From assembly GCA_963716175.1 (NCBI GenBank), contig OY970296.1:2368001-2432000 (forward strand): 64,000 nt of DNA. The letters are read 5' to 3'. Of the stretch, positions 20,892 to 30,624 are shown piece by piece. Under the pieces are notes generated by a model. The model did not search any database. It was given only the letters and a program-made list of their open reading frames with translations, and was not told the origin of the DNA. Both the position numbers and the translations under genes were made by a program. Position 1 is the first letter of the stretch; each line of letters starts with the position of its first letter. This DNA is from an uncultured Armatimonadetes bacterium. GTDB taxonomy: Bacteria; Armatimonadota; Hebobacteria; Hebobacterales; Hebobacteraceae.

Positions 20892-21884
20892 GTGAAGCTG
20901 GGCCTAGACAGCTACAGCTACCATTACGCTGCTGGCCTGTGGGAGTATCTGCCCCGCGAGAATGCCCCCATGAGCGCCCTGCACTTCCTCCGCAAGGCCG
21001 CGGAGCTGGGCCTGGAGGGGGTACACCTGTGCGACCCCCGCCACCTGGAGAGCCTCGAATATGGCTATATCACCGGGCTGCGCGAGCAGGCCGAGGCGCT
21101 GGGGCTCTACCTCGAACTGGGCACCGACAGCACCAACCCGGATCACCTCCAGAATCTGGTGCGGGCGGCCCACGTGTTGGGATCGCCGCTGGTGCGCACC
21201 TCCCTGGGGAAGCCTCGGCCCCGGGGCACGCAGGCCATGAGGGAGCTGCTGGCAGCCACGGCCGCGGATATCGCTCAGGTCCTCCCCGTCTGCGAGCGCT
21301 ATGGCATTCACCTGCTGATCGAGAACCACCGGGAGTTGACCGCACGCGATCTCGTCCAGTTGCTGGAGATGGTCGGCACTCCCTGGGTGGGGGTCTGCTT
21401 CGACACCGCCGACCCGCTGGCCCTGCTGGAGGACCCGCAGGAGGCGGCGGAGACGCTGGGCCAGGCGATCAAGAGCGTTCACCTCAAGGACTACCAGGTG
21501 GCCGCTACCTCGGAGGGGTTCGCGCTCGTGGGATGCGCTCTGGGTGAGGGTGTGGTCGACCTGGCGGCCATCCTCGGACTGGTGTCATCGCGATTGCCCG
21601 ATGCCCATGTCAACATCGAGACCGCGGCGAGCAGGAAGCTGGTGCCGGCCCTGGATGACGACTATCTGCAGCACATGCCTGGAGCCAGCGCCCGCGACCT
21701 GGGCCGAGCGCTGCGTGTGGCCCGCGACCGGGGCCTGGGGCGAATGCCGCAGCTCCCGGTCGAGCGAGCGGCCTCCGAGCAGGAGATCCTGGCGGAGGAA
21801 GACGACCTGGTGCTGCGCAGTGTGCGCTGGGCGCAGCAGGCGTTGGGCCGACCCCAGGTTGAGGCGGCCGACTCCAGTGATTAG
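20892..21884 (+). CDS. Sugar phosphate isomerase/epimerase (xylose isomerase-like TIM barrel)
   Basis: IENH, VCFDTAD, VHLKD, LGEGVVDL; GTG start. Confidence 0.85.
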   Translation: MKLGLDSYSYHYAAGLWEYLPRENAPMSALHFLRKAAELGLEGVHLCDPRHLESLEYGYITGLREQAEALGLYLELGTDSTNPDHLQNLVRAAHVLGSPLVRTSLGKPRPRGTQAMRELLAATAADIAQVLPVCERYGIHLLIENHRELTARDLVQLLEMVGTPWVGVCFDTADPLALLEDPQEAAETLGQAIKSVHLKDYQVAATSEGFALVGCALGEGVVDLAAILGLVSSRLPDAHVNIETAASRKLVPALDDDYLQHMPGASARDLGRALRVARDRGLGRMPQLPVERAASEQEILAEEDDLVLRSVRWAQQALGRPQVEAADSSD

Positions 21885-22995
21885 CCCGGGCCCCCACAGT
21901 CTGTTGCAGACCGAGATCGGCCAGGTGGCGCGGGTGGACCGGGTCCGCTCGGGCGCCCAGGAGCTGACCGTGATCGTCGGCGGGAAGGAAGAGCGGGCGG
22001 TCAGCTACCCGCAGCTAGTGGGCGAAGTGGGTCCCGATGAGGTGGTGCTGCTCAACACTACTGCCGTGCGCGCTGGGCTGGGCACCGGGGGCTTTCACAT
22101 CGTGATGAAACGGGCGCAGGAAGGGTCGCCCCCGGAGGGGGTGGGGCACATTGTCAAGCTGCGCTACACCCCACTGCAGTTCCGCTGCCTGTCGGTGGAG
22201 GAGCAGGAAAGCCCCTACCGGGAGGCGATCGAGGCCTGCCGCGATCTGGAGCAGATGCCAGTGATCGTGGCCGCGCTGCACAGCCAGATCGCGCCCGCCG
22301 CCGCCGCGGTGAAGGCGCTGTGCCCGGCAAGCCGGGTCGCCTATATCATGACCGATACGGCCGCCCTCCCGCTGGGCTTCAGCCAACTGGTTCCTGAGCT
22401 GAAGGAGGCGGGGCTGCTGGAGGCAACGATCACAGTCGGCCAGGCCTTCGGGGGCGACTATGAAGCGGTGAACATCTTCACCGGCCTGCTGGCGGCGCGG
22501 GCGGTGGTCGGCGCGGAGGTGGTGATCGTGGCTCAGGGGCCGGGCAACGTGGGCACTGAGACCGAGTGGGGGTTCGGATCTATCAGCCAGGGGGACCAGG
22601 TGAATGCCGTGGGCGCCCTGGGTGGCCTCCCCATCGCCGTGCCGCGCATCAGCTTCGCTGACCCGCGCCCCCGCCATCACGGGGTCAGCCGGCAGTCACT
22701 GGTGGCGCTGGGCCGGGTGGCCCTCATCCCGGCCGTGGTAGCAGTGCCCGGGATGGCGGCTGAGAAGCTGGAATTGGTGCGGCGCCAGTTGGAGGAGGAA
22801 GGGATCACCGAGAAGCACGAGGTGCTAGTGGCGCGTGGGGAGATTGGGGTAGAGGCGCTGACCCAGCGCGGCCTGCAGGTCAAGACGATGGGGCGAGGTC
22901 TGGAGCAAGACCCCGAGTTTTTTCTCGCCGCAGGCGCGGCCGGGGCCATCGCCGCCGAGAGGCTGACATGGACGCAGGGTTCAGAGAGCGACTGA
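21877..22995 (+). CDS. DUF3866 family protein
   Basis: LNTTAVRAGLGTGG, GHIVKLRYTPLQ, GQAFGGDYEAVN, PRISFADPRPRH. Confidence 0.85.
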   Translation: MISPGPHSLLQTEIGQVARVDRVRSGAQELTVIVGGKEERAVSYPQLVGEVGPDEVVLLNTTAVRAGLGTGGFHIVMKRAQEGSPPEGVGHIVKLRYTPLQFRCLSVEEQESPYREAIEACRDLEQMPVIVAALHSQIAPAAAAVKALCPASRVAYIMTDTAALPLGFSQLVPELKEAGLLEATITVGQAFGGDYEAVNIFTGLLAARAVVGAEVVIVAQGPGNVGTETEWGFGSISQGDQVNAVGALGGLPIAVPRISFADPRPRHHGVSRQSLVALGRVALIPAVVAVPGMAAEKLELVRRQLEEEGITEKHEVLVARGEIGVEALTQRGLQVKTMGRGLEQDPEFFLAAGAAGAIAAERLTWTQGSESD

Positions 22996-23531
22996 TCTCC
23001 TCCCGCCGCGTCTTCGAGGGAAGGCTGCTCGCGGTGCAGGTGGACGAGGTGGAGTTGCCCGGGGGGACGCACGCCCAGCGGGAGATCGTGGCGCGCCATC
23101 CGGGGGCGGCGGTGATAGTGCCCCTGCTGCCGGAGGGGAAGGTGGTCATGCTCCGCCACTACCGGCATGCGGCCGGCAAGGTGCTCCTCGAGTTGCCTGC
23201 AGGGATTCTGAACCCCGGCGAGTCGCCGGGGGAGTGCGCGCACCGGGAGCTGATCGAGGAGACGGGGTATGCGGCCGGAAAGCTGCGCCATCTATTCTCG
23301 GCCTATCTGAGCCCGGGCTACAGCAGCGAGCTCGCCCATTTCTTCCTGGCCACTGGTTTGCGTGCACAGGGAACGGCCCCAACCGAGGACGAGCCGGTGG
23401 AACTGGCGATCTTGCCTCTGGCCGAAGCGGTGGCCATGGTCGCGCGGGGCGAAGTGCAGAACGCGGCCGCCGTTTGTGGTCTGCTGGCCGCCGCAAGGTG
23501 GGGAGGAGAGGCCAGCGGCGCCATTGAATAA
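22968..23531 (+). CDS. NUDIX hydrolase (ADP-ribose pyrophosphatase-like)
   Basis: Nudix box GILNPGESPGECAHRELIEETGY; SPG motif. Confidence 0.9.
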   Translation: MDAGFRERLISSRRVFEGRLLAVQVDEVELPGGTHAQREIVARHPGAAVIVPLLPEGKVVMLRHYRHAAGKVLLELPAGILNPGESPGECAHRELIEETGYAAGKLRHLFSAYLSPGYSSELAHFFLATGLRAQGTAPTEDEPVELAILPLAEAVAMVARGEVQNAAAVCGLLAAARWGGEASGAIE

Positions 23532-23578
23532 GCGAAGGGCCTGGCGAGGTCTGGGGCGAGCGCAGGGAGGAGTAAGGG

Positions 23579-24547
23579 ATGAGAAGCCTGAGGGTTGTGG
23601 CAGCCGGGATGGGGCTGATAGCGCTGGCCCTGTCGTCGCTGTGGGCAGGCGAGGAAGCGCCGGCGCAGGGCACAGCCGGGAACGCGCCGGTGAAAGTAGC
23701 GGGCGAAGTGCCCATGCGTCCCGAGCTGCAGGTATTCCAGGGCGTCCGCGGCTGGCTGGTGAATGGCCAGGAGATCAAGCTGGAGGACGTGCGGAACCGG
23801 GCGCTGCTCTACCACGGGCCCTACGTGCTGCAGGACATGGTGGCCGAGCTGCTGCTCCAGCAAGAGGCGAAGGCGCGCGGCATCACGGTGAGCGAGGCCG
23901 AGGTAGACGAGCAGATCAAGAATCTGCGCCTGGAATGGGGCCTCACCTCTGACGTGGCCTTGGACTACTATCTGCGCACCTCCCGCGTCACGCCTGGCTG
24001 GCTGCGAGAGAAGGCGCGGGATTACGTGCTGATGGAGAAGGTGCTGGGCGACCAGATCTACGTCAGCGACAAAGAGGTGGAGCGCTTCTACGATCAGTAC
24101 CGGGACCAGTACCGACGGCCGGAGTCGGTGGACTTCCGGGTGATCAGCCTGGCCGGCGAGAAGGAGGCCCAGGCGGCCTTGGACCAGCTGCGGAAGGGGC
24201 GGAACTTCAGGGAGGTGGCCAAGGAGCTGGCGAGCGTGGACGAGAAGGCGGGGGCGGGCGAGCTGCACAGCTTTGAGCGGGGCCAGCGGATGTCCCTGCC
24301 GCCCGAGATCGAGGCCGTGCTCTTCACCGCTCCCCTGGACCAGGTGGTGGGGCCGATCAAGGCCGCTAACTCCTATCACCTGCTCCGGGTGGAGAAGAAG
24401 AGCGATGCCTACCAGTTCTCCCTGGCCGAAGTGAGAGACACCATCCGGACCCAGCTGCGCAAGCAGAAGCTGGAGCAAGCCGTGTGGCCGAAATGGATTC
24501 AGGCCCGGCTTGGCGGCGCGGAGATCGAGACCCTGAAAGCGCAGTAG
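23579..24547 (+). CDS. PrsA/SurA-like peptidyl-prolyl isomerase
   Basis: Signal peptide, LLQQEAKARGITVS, rotamase FREVAKEL...VVGPIK...YHLLRV. Confidence 0.85.
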   Translation: MRSLRVVAAGMGLIALALSSLWAGEEAPAQGTAGNAPVKVAGEVPMRPELQVFQGVRGWLVNGQEIKLEDVRNRALLYHGPYVLQDMVAELLLQQEAKARGITVSEAEVDEQIKNLRLEWGLTSDVALDYYLRTSRVTPGWLREKARDYVLMEKVLGDQIYVSDKEVERFYDQYRDQYRRPESVDFRVISLAGEKEAQAALDQLRKGRNFREVAKELASVDEKAGAGELHSFERGQRMSLPPEIEAVLFTAPLDQVVGPIKAANSYHLLRVEKKSDAYQFSLAEVRDTIRTQLRKQKLEQAVWPKWIQARLGGAEIETLKAQ

Positions 24548-24601
24548 CGGGGGCCGAGCAGTCCGGGGTCGGGGTCGGAAACTGCAAGGAGGAGGCGAGG
24601 A

Positions 24602-25747
24602 ATGCGCACCATCAAGGCGGCGGTAATCGGGGCCGGCTTTATCGGACCAGCCCATGTAGAGGCCTTGCGAAGGCTGGGATTTGTGGAAGTGGCGGCCCTG
24701 GTGGACAGCGACAAGGCCAGGTTGGAGCAGAAAGCGGCCGCGCTCTCCATCCCCCGGGCCTATGATGACTACCGGAGGGTGCTCGACGACAAAGCGATCG
24801 AGGTGGTCCACAACTGCTCCCCCAATAACCTGCACTTCGAGATCAACACCGCCATCCTGCAGGCGGGGAAGCACTGCGTCTCCGAGAAGCCACTGGCGAT
24901 CAACAGCAAGGAGTCGCGGGGGCTGGTGGCGCTGGCGGAGAAGGCCGGCCTGGTCAATGCCATCAACTTCAACTACCGCTTCTACCCCCTGTCCCAACAG
25001 GCCAGAGCCATGTGCGAGGCCGGCGAGGTGGGTGACATTTACGCCGTGCATGGCGGCTACCTCCAGGACTGGCTCTACTGGGATACCGACTACAGCTGGC
25101 GCCTCGATCCCAAGATCTCGGGCGAGAGCTGCGCGGTGGCCGACATCGGGTCCCACTGGTGCGACCTGATGCAGTTCATCACCGGCCGCACCATCACCGA
25201 GGTGATGGCCGATCTGCAGACCACGCGCCAGGTGCGCAAGCGGCCCAAGGCCACCCTGGAGGCGTTCGCGGGCAAGCTGCTGAAACCGGAGGACTTCGAG
25301 GAGGTGAAGATCACCACCGATGACTACGCCGACGTGCTGCTGCGCCTGGACAATGGCGCCCGCGGCATGTTCAACGTCTCCCAGCTGGCAGCCGGCCGCA
25401 AGAACCGCCTCCATTACGAGATTGATGGCTCCAAGTGCGCGCTCTCCGGTGACTTGGAACGGCCCAACGAGCTGTGGCTGGGCTATCGCGACAAGCCCAA
25501 CGAGGTGCTGATCAAGGATCCTTCGCTGCTGAAGGAGGCGGTGCGCGCTTACGCCCACTATCCCGGCGGCCACCCGGAGGGCTATCCCGATGGCCCCAAG
25601 AACCTCTTCCGCAACGCCTACCTGAAGATCATGGGAGACCCGGGCGCGCTGCCCTTCCCGACCTTCGCCGATGGTCACCGCGCGGTGGCGATCGTAGACG
25701 CCATCCTCGCCAGCAGCCGCGCCCGGCAGTGGACGAAGGTGGCCTGA
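24602..25747 (+). CDS. Gfo/Idh/MocA-family oxidoreductase
   Basis: VIGAGFIG, SEKPL, GGYLQDW, DIGSHW. Confidence 0.93.
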   Translation: MRTIKAAVIGAGFIGPAHVEALRRLGFVEVAALVDSDKARLEQKAAALSIPRAYDDYRRVLDDKAIEVVHNCSPNNLHFEINTAILQAGKHCVSEKPLAINSKESRGLVALAEKAGLVNAINFNYRFYPLSQQARAMCEAGEVGDIYAVHGGYLQDWLYWDTDYSWRLDPKISGESCAVADIGSHWCDLMQFITGRTITEVMADLQTTRQVRKRPKATLEAFAGKLLKPEDFEEVKITTDDYADVLLRLDNGARGMFNVSQLAAGRKNRLHYEIDGSKCALSGDLERPNELWLGYRDKPNEVLIKDPSLLKEAVRAYAHYPGGHPEGYPDGPKNLFRNAYLKIMGDPGALPFPTFADGHRAVAIVDAILASSRARQWTKVA

Positions 25748-25779
25748 TCAGGCCTGCAACCTGAGGCAAGGAGATTGTC

Positions 25780-26745
25780 ATGAAGATCGGGGTCCTCACA
25801 GTCTTGTTTGGTGATATGTCGTTCGAGAAGATGCTCGACCATGTGGCCGAGGCCGGTTGTGAAGCGGTCGAGATCGGGACCGGGGGCTACCCTGGCACCG
25901 CCCATTGCGACCCGGCGAAGCTGCTGCCGGACCAGGCGGCCCAGCGCAGGTTCCTGCGGGCGATCGAGAAGCGGGGCCTGCTGCTCTCCGCCCTGAGCTG
26001 CCACGGGAACCCGATCCATCCCCAGCGTGGGCAGGCCCGCAGGTTCCATCAGGCCTGGCGAAACACGGTGGCCCTGGCGGAGGCGTTGGGGGTGGAGCGC
26101 ATCATCACCTTCTCCGGATGCCCGGGGGACAGCGACCAGGCCACCGCCCCCAACTGGGTGACTTGTCCCTGGCCGCCCGACTACAGCGACCTGCTCAAGT
26201 GGCAATGGGAGGAGAAGCTGATCCCGTACTGGACGAAGGAAGTGGCATTCGCGGCCAAACACGGGGTCAAGATGATCTGCCTTGAGATGCATCCGGGCTT
26301 CTGTGTCTACAACCCCGAGACCCTGCTGAAGCTGCGGGACGCCTGCGGAGAGGCGATCGGCGCCAACTTCGATCCCAGCCATCTCATCTGGCAGGGGGTC
26401 AACCCGGTGGCTGCCATCCGGCGCCTGGGCTCGGCGATCTACCACGTGCATGCCAAGGACGTGAAAGTTGACCCTATCAATAAGGAGTTCAACGGCGTGC
26501 TCGATACCAAGCCCTACACCGATGAGAGCCAGCGCTCCTGGATCTTCCGCACCGTGGGCTGGGGGCATGACGCCGTGGTCTGGAAGGAGATGGTCAGCGC
26601 CCTGCGCCTGGTGGGCTATGACTATGTGCTGAGCATCGAGCACGAGGACAGCTTGATGAGCATGGAGGAGGGCTTCCGCCGCGCGGTGGCCTTCATGAAA
26701 GAGGTCACCATTGTAGAGCCGCGGCCGCGGGTGCATTGGGTGTAG
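25780..26745 (+). CDS. Sugar phosphate isomerase/epimerase (AP endonuclease 2 fold)
   Basis: LSCHGNP, LEMHPG, NFDPSH, HVHAKD, SIEHED. Confidence 0.92.
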   Translation: MKIGVLTVLFGDMSFEKMLDHVAEAGCEAVEIGTGGYPGTAHCDPAKLLPDQAAQRRFLRAIEKRGLLLSALSCHGNPIHPQRGQARRFHQAWRNTVALAEALGVERIITFSGCPGDSDQATAPNWVTCPWPPDYSDLLKWQWEEKLIPYWTKEVAFAAKHGVKMICLEMHPGFCVYNPETLLKLRDACGEAIGANFDPSHLIWQGVNPVAAIRRLGSAIYHVHAKDVKVDPINKEFNGVLDTKPYTDESQRSWIFRTVGWGHDAVVWKEMVSALRLVGYDYVLSIEHEDSLMSMEEGFRRAVAFMKEVTIVEPRPRVHWV

Positions 26746-26938
26746 CCGGGGGCCTGCAGGGCGGGAGGCGCTGGCCGCGCTCGGCCTTGGGCGGTGCTGA
26801 GTCGCCTCGCCGCGGGCCTCGCGGTCGAAGCGCGTCACAGAACGTTCAGGCATGCTTCATGCCGGATTCACTTTCTCACCCTAAGCTATCAGAATGGGGA
26901 GATGCAACGGCGCGTAGCCTGAGGAGGCGGGCCGAGCG

Positions 26939-28333
26939 ATGCGGGAGTGGCGAGAGCGAACCTGTATCCTGGCGACGGCCTGGCTGACGCTGTTCTGCGC
27001 CGGCGTCCTCTGGGCGAACGCGGCAGCTCTTGGCCCCGGCGACTGGCAGTACCGGGAGCTGGATGCGCTCTCGCAGGCGGGGCTGCTGAGCGGACACCCC
27101 AGGGGGCCGCTCAGCAACTGGACCGACCAGCTCACCCGGTATGAGGCGGCCGCGCTGGCGCTGCGGGCGGTGGAGGGCCTGGGAAGAGCCTATCAGGAGC
27201 AGGGCCAGGCATTACAGCAGATGGCGCAGTCCGGCCCGCTGCCGGCGGGGGCCGAGGGCGCGGCTCCCGTACCGGCCGGCGCCACCATCGAAGACGTAGC
27301 GCGGGTGGAGAAGCTGATCGAGGAGTTCCGGGCCGAGCTGGTGGCCATGGGAGCGCGGGTGGATGATCTGGCGACCGCGCTCAAGGATGTGCAGACGCGG
27401 CTCGCCAGGGTCGAGGCCGAGCGCAAGCAGCATCAGATCAGTGGGTATATGCAGCTGCGATTCCGGGACGACAAGGCGACCGATGGGCGGAAGGAGTTCC
27501 TGGTCCGGACGGCACGCGTGAACGTCGCCGGGCCGGTCAGCGATCGCACCTCCTACCGGATCGAGATGCAGTTCGACTCCAAAGAAACGGGGAAGGGCCC
27601 GGGGAGCAAGGCGCAGTTGCGCAGCGCCTATATTGACTACCAGACGAGCGCTGCCTCCCGCCTGCGCATGGGCCAGCAGACCCTGCCCTGGGGATATGAG
27701 CTGGAGGAGCCGACGCCGGACCTGTGGTCAGGCGAGCGGGCTTTCTTCATGGATCGGCTGTTCCCCGATCAGCGGGATCTCGGCCTGGCGCTCGACTATC
27801 GCCGGGCACCGGGCGCGCCCAAGTTCGATGTCGGCGCGTTCAACGGCACGGGCATAGATTTTACCGACAACAACGACCACCAGAACCTGATGGCTCGCGT
27901 GGACTTCCCGCTCAAGAACGGCTCGGCCGCGCTCTCGGGGTACGCCGGCGAGAGCAGGACAGGGCTCACCGCCACCCGGCAGGACCGCAGCGGGGTCAGC
28001 GCCCGCTATCAGTGGGGTGAGACGCAGTTCATGGGCGAATTCGTGGCCGGCAGAGATCGGGGCCATGATGTGCGGGGCTGGTACGGGCAGCTCGGCCGCC
28101 CCATCACCCGGGCGAAGCCGAACTTGCTCTTCGCCAAGTACGACAGCTATGATGAGAACCGAGATCGCCCCAGCGATCTCTTCGCGCGCTGGACCCTGGG
28201 GTACTGGTACGATGTGGATAAGGCCACGCGCCTGACGCTGGCCTGGGAGCTTCGGCATGTGCAGCCGGAGTTCTCAGAGCTGACCAGGTGGGACGCGAAC
28301 GCAGCCTATCTGCAGTTGCAGGTGAAGTACTAG
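26939..28333 (+). CDS. Outer-membrane porin (O/P-like) with SLH-like N-terminus and coiled coil
   Basis: Signal peptide, WQYRELDALSQAGLL...LTRYEAA, coiled coil, SGYMQLRF, C-terminal strand YLQLQVKY. Confidence 0.78.
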   Translation: MREWRERTCILATAWLTLFCAGVLWANAAALGPGDWQYRELDALSQAGLLSGHPRGPLSNWTDQLTRYEAAALALRAVEGLGRAYQEQGQALQQMAQSGPLPAGAEGAAPVPAGATIEDVARVEKLIEEFRAELVAMGARVDDLATALKDVQTRLARVEAERKQHQISGYMQLRFRDDKATDGRKEFLVRTARVNVAGPVSDRTSYRIEMQFDSKETGKGPGSKAQLRSAYIDYQTSAASRLRMGQQTLPWGYELEEPTPDLWSGERAFFMDRLFPDQRDLGLALDYRRAPGAPKFDVGAFNGTGIDFTDNNDHQNLMARVDFPLKNGSAALSGYAGESRTGLTATRQDRSGVSARYQWGETQFMGEFVAGRDRGHDVRGWYGQLGRPITRAKPNLLFAKYDSYDENRDRPSDLFARWTLGYWYDVDKATRLTLAWELRHVQPEFSELTRWDANAAYLQLQVKY

Positions 28334-28369
28334 CCGGCGAGGGAGGAAGGGTAAGAGAAGTAAGGAGCT

Positions 28370-29128
28370 ATGACAGAGGCCACCAACGAGATCAAGCTCA
28401 CTGCAGAGGATCTGAAACGCTATCACCGGCAGATCATCATGTCCGGCTGGGGAGAGGCGGGCCAGGAGAAGGTCAAGGCAGGCCGCGTGTTCATCGCCGG
28501 GGCAGGAGGCCTGGGGTCCCCCACCTCCATCTACCTGGCGGTGGCGGGGGTGGGGCAGATCACGCTCTGCGACTACGACCGCCCTGAGCTCTCCAACCTC
28601 AACCGCCAGATTCTCCACAGTGACTGCCGCATCGGCATGAACAAGGCAGTCTCCGGCCAGCTCACGCTCAGAGAGCTGAACCCCAGCATCAACGTGACCG
28701 CGGTCAGCACACGGATTGAGGCCACTACCGTAGATGAGCTCGTCGGGGACGCAGACATCATCCTGGACTGCATGGACAACTACCCCACGCGCTACTTGCT
28801 CAACGAGTGTGCCCTCCGCAAGGGCATTCCCTTCGTGCACGCCAGCGTGTGGGGGCTGGAGGGGCGGCTGACCTTCATCCACTCTCCCCAGACTCCCTGC
28901 CTGCGCTGCATCTACCCCAGCGCGCCCCCGCCCGAGGTGTTCCCAGTGCTGGGGGCGGTCCCTGGCGTGATCGGCTGCCTCCAGGCCATCGAGACCTTGA
29001 AGTACCTCACCGGCATCGGCGAAACGCTCAAGGGCAGGCTGTTAGTGTGGAATGGCGCTGACATGGATTTCGATGTATACACGATCTCCAGGAACCCTAC
29101 CTGTCCGGTCTGCGGCTCGAGTGGGTGA
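28370..29128 (+). CDS. ThiF/MoeB/HesA-family adenylyltransferase
   Basis: RYHRQI, GAGGLGS, SNLNRQILH, CLRC and CPVC zinc motifs. Confidence 0.93.
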   Translation: MTEATNEIKLTAEDLKRYHRQIIMSGWGEAGQEKVKAGRVFIAGAGGLGSPTSIYLAVAGVGQITLCDYDRPELSNLNRQILHSDCRIGMNKAVSGQLTLRELNPSINVTAVSTRIEATTVDELVGDADIILDCMDNYPTRYLLNECALRKGIPFVHASVWGLEGRLTFIHSPQTPCLRCIYPSAPPPEVFPVLGAVPGVIGCLQAIETLKYLTGIGETLKGRLLVWNGADMDFDVYTISRNPTCPVCGSSG

Positions 29129-29192
29129 GGCCGAAGCTGGGCGGGGATGCTGTTGCCTCGCGTCCCAGGTGCTGATCATATATCCAAGGAGG

Positions 29193-29678
29193 ATGACTTT
29201 GACTCGGAAGACAGGACGGGCAGTCGGTTTGCTGGTGATTCTGGTCGCGGCCATGGCTGGGGTGAGCTGCCAGCGGGCCGTCTCTGCAGCCGGGAAGTCG
29301 AAGCCAGCAGCGAAAGCAGCTCCCGCCAAGCCGGAGGCCAAGAAGCCGCCGGTGCAGATCGAGGCCTACTACCCGCTGAACAAGGAGCACAAGTATATCG
29401 CCGATTACCTGCAGAAGCTGGCCAAGGCCCACCCGGGCCAGGTGAGTGTGAAGATCGTGGACATGCAGACTCCCGAGGGCCGCAAGGCCTGGTCCAAGAC
29501 GGATCTGGGCTGCGCGGGGGTATTCGTCAACGGCAAGACCAAGTGGGATGTGAAGAAGGGCAAGAAGACCGAGAGCGTCAGCTTCCTGAAGCGGATGGAT
29601 ACGTACTGGGACCGCAAGGACCTCGAGACCGTGGTGAATCAGCTCCTGGAGCAGGCCAAGAAGACCAAGCAGAGATGA
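29193..29678 (+). CDS. Hypothetical lipoprotein (possible thioredoxin-like fold)
   Basis: AAGGAGG RBS, lipobox-like GVSC, LGCAGVFVNG. Confidence 0.7.
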   Translation: MTLTRKTGRAVGLLVILVAAMAGVSCQRAVSAAGKSKPAAKAAPAKPEAKKPPVQIEAYYPLNKEHKYIADYLQKLAKAHPGQVSVKIVDMQTPEGRKAWSKTDLGCAGVFVNGKTKWDVKKGKKTESVSFLKRMDTYWDRKDLETVVNQLLEQAKKTKQR

Positions 29679-30502
29679 ACCGGCCCAAGCCGCGAGGGGT
29701 CTGGTCGGTCTGGGGTCTGTGCGCCGCAGCCCTGTCGGTCATGGGCTGCGGCGGCGCGAGGAAGCCGGCGCCGCGGCAGCCGGTCACCTTGGGGCTGTAC
29801 CTGCCCTGCGTGATTGGCGGCCCCATGCACAAGGTGGTCGCAGCCTACGAGGCCACGCATGCGGGGGTCGAGATCGCCCCCCAGACCTACAAGCCGCTGG
29901 AGAGGCCGGCAAAGAGTGCTGGGCCCGCGGTGGTGATCACTGTCGGCGACTCCGAGATGGAGGCCCTGGTCCGCGCCGGGATGGTGGTGCCGCGCGACGT
30001 GCACAGGTTCGCCGTCAATACCTACCCGCTGGCCGTGGTGGCGGCGGCGCGGGGCGCGCCCGCCCTCAAGCAGATTCCTGATCTCGCCAGGCCCGCGGTG
30101 AAGCGCATCTTCCTGGAGAGTCCTGCCGGGAGCAGCCTGGGGCGCGCCGCCGAGCAGGCCTTTGAGAAGCTGGGGCTCTGGGAGAAGGTGGCGCCCAAGG
30201 TAGTGCAGCCGAGAGCAGGGGCTATGGTGCTGGCCGAGTTGCTGGCCGGGAAAGCCGACGCGGCAGTGGTGTTCCGAGATTGCCTATTCGCCGAAGCCGG
30301 AGAAGGCGCGAAACCGCCAAAGACCATTCGCATGATTGGTGAGCTGCCCCTGGACCTGTTCTCACCCATCCCGTACCAGGTGGGTGCGATCAAGGCTGGG
30401 CCCAGGCCGGAGGTAGCGCAAGCATTCGTTGATTACCTGACCGGAGAGGAGGGCCGGCAAGCTCTGCGGAAGGCGGGACTGGAGCCGGCCGCCGGGCCCT
30501 AG
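29675..30502 (+). CDS. ModA-like substrate-binding lipoprotein
   Basis: Lipobox VMGC, SLGRAAEQAF, GKADAAVVF, PIPYQ, AQAFVDYL; ATGA overlap with the upstream gene. Confidence 0.78.
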   Translation: MNRPKPRGVWSVWGLCAAALSVMGCGGARKPAPRQPVTLGLYLPCVIGGPMHKVVAAYEATHAGVEIAPQTYKPLERPAKSAGPAVVITVGDSEMEALVRAGMVVPRDVHRFAVNTYPLAVVAAARGAPALKQIPDLARPAVKRIFLESPAGSSLGRAAEQAFEKLGLWEKVAPKVVQPRAGAMVLAELLAGKADAAVVFRDCLFAEAGEGAKPPKTIRMIGELPLDLFSPIPYQVGAIKAGPRPEVAQAFVDYLTGEEGRQALRKAGLEPAAGP

Positions 30503-30624
30503 CGGCTAGGTCCCTTGGACTACCGCCCCGGCCTGCGGCCGCGGGCCGAGGGGCAGGGCGAACCCCAGGCCCGCGGCGGCCGCGAGAGAACCTGCCCGCC
30601 CTGGGGCAGGCCCGGGAGCAGAGA

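Noticed and set aside
23318-25678. 786-aa minus-strand ORF
   Set aside because: Antisense shadow of NUDIX, PrsA and Gfo genes in high-GC DNA; no motifs
30503-30624. GC-rich intergenic hairpins as a riboswitch (also 38321-38495 and 42405-42545)
   Set aside because: No recognisable riboswitch consensus; pairing is expected by chance at this GC content
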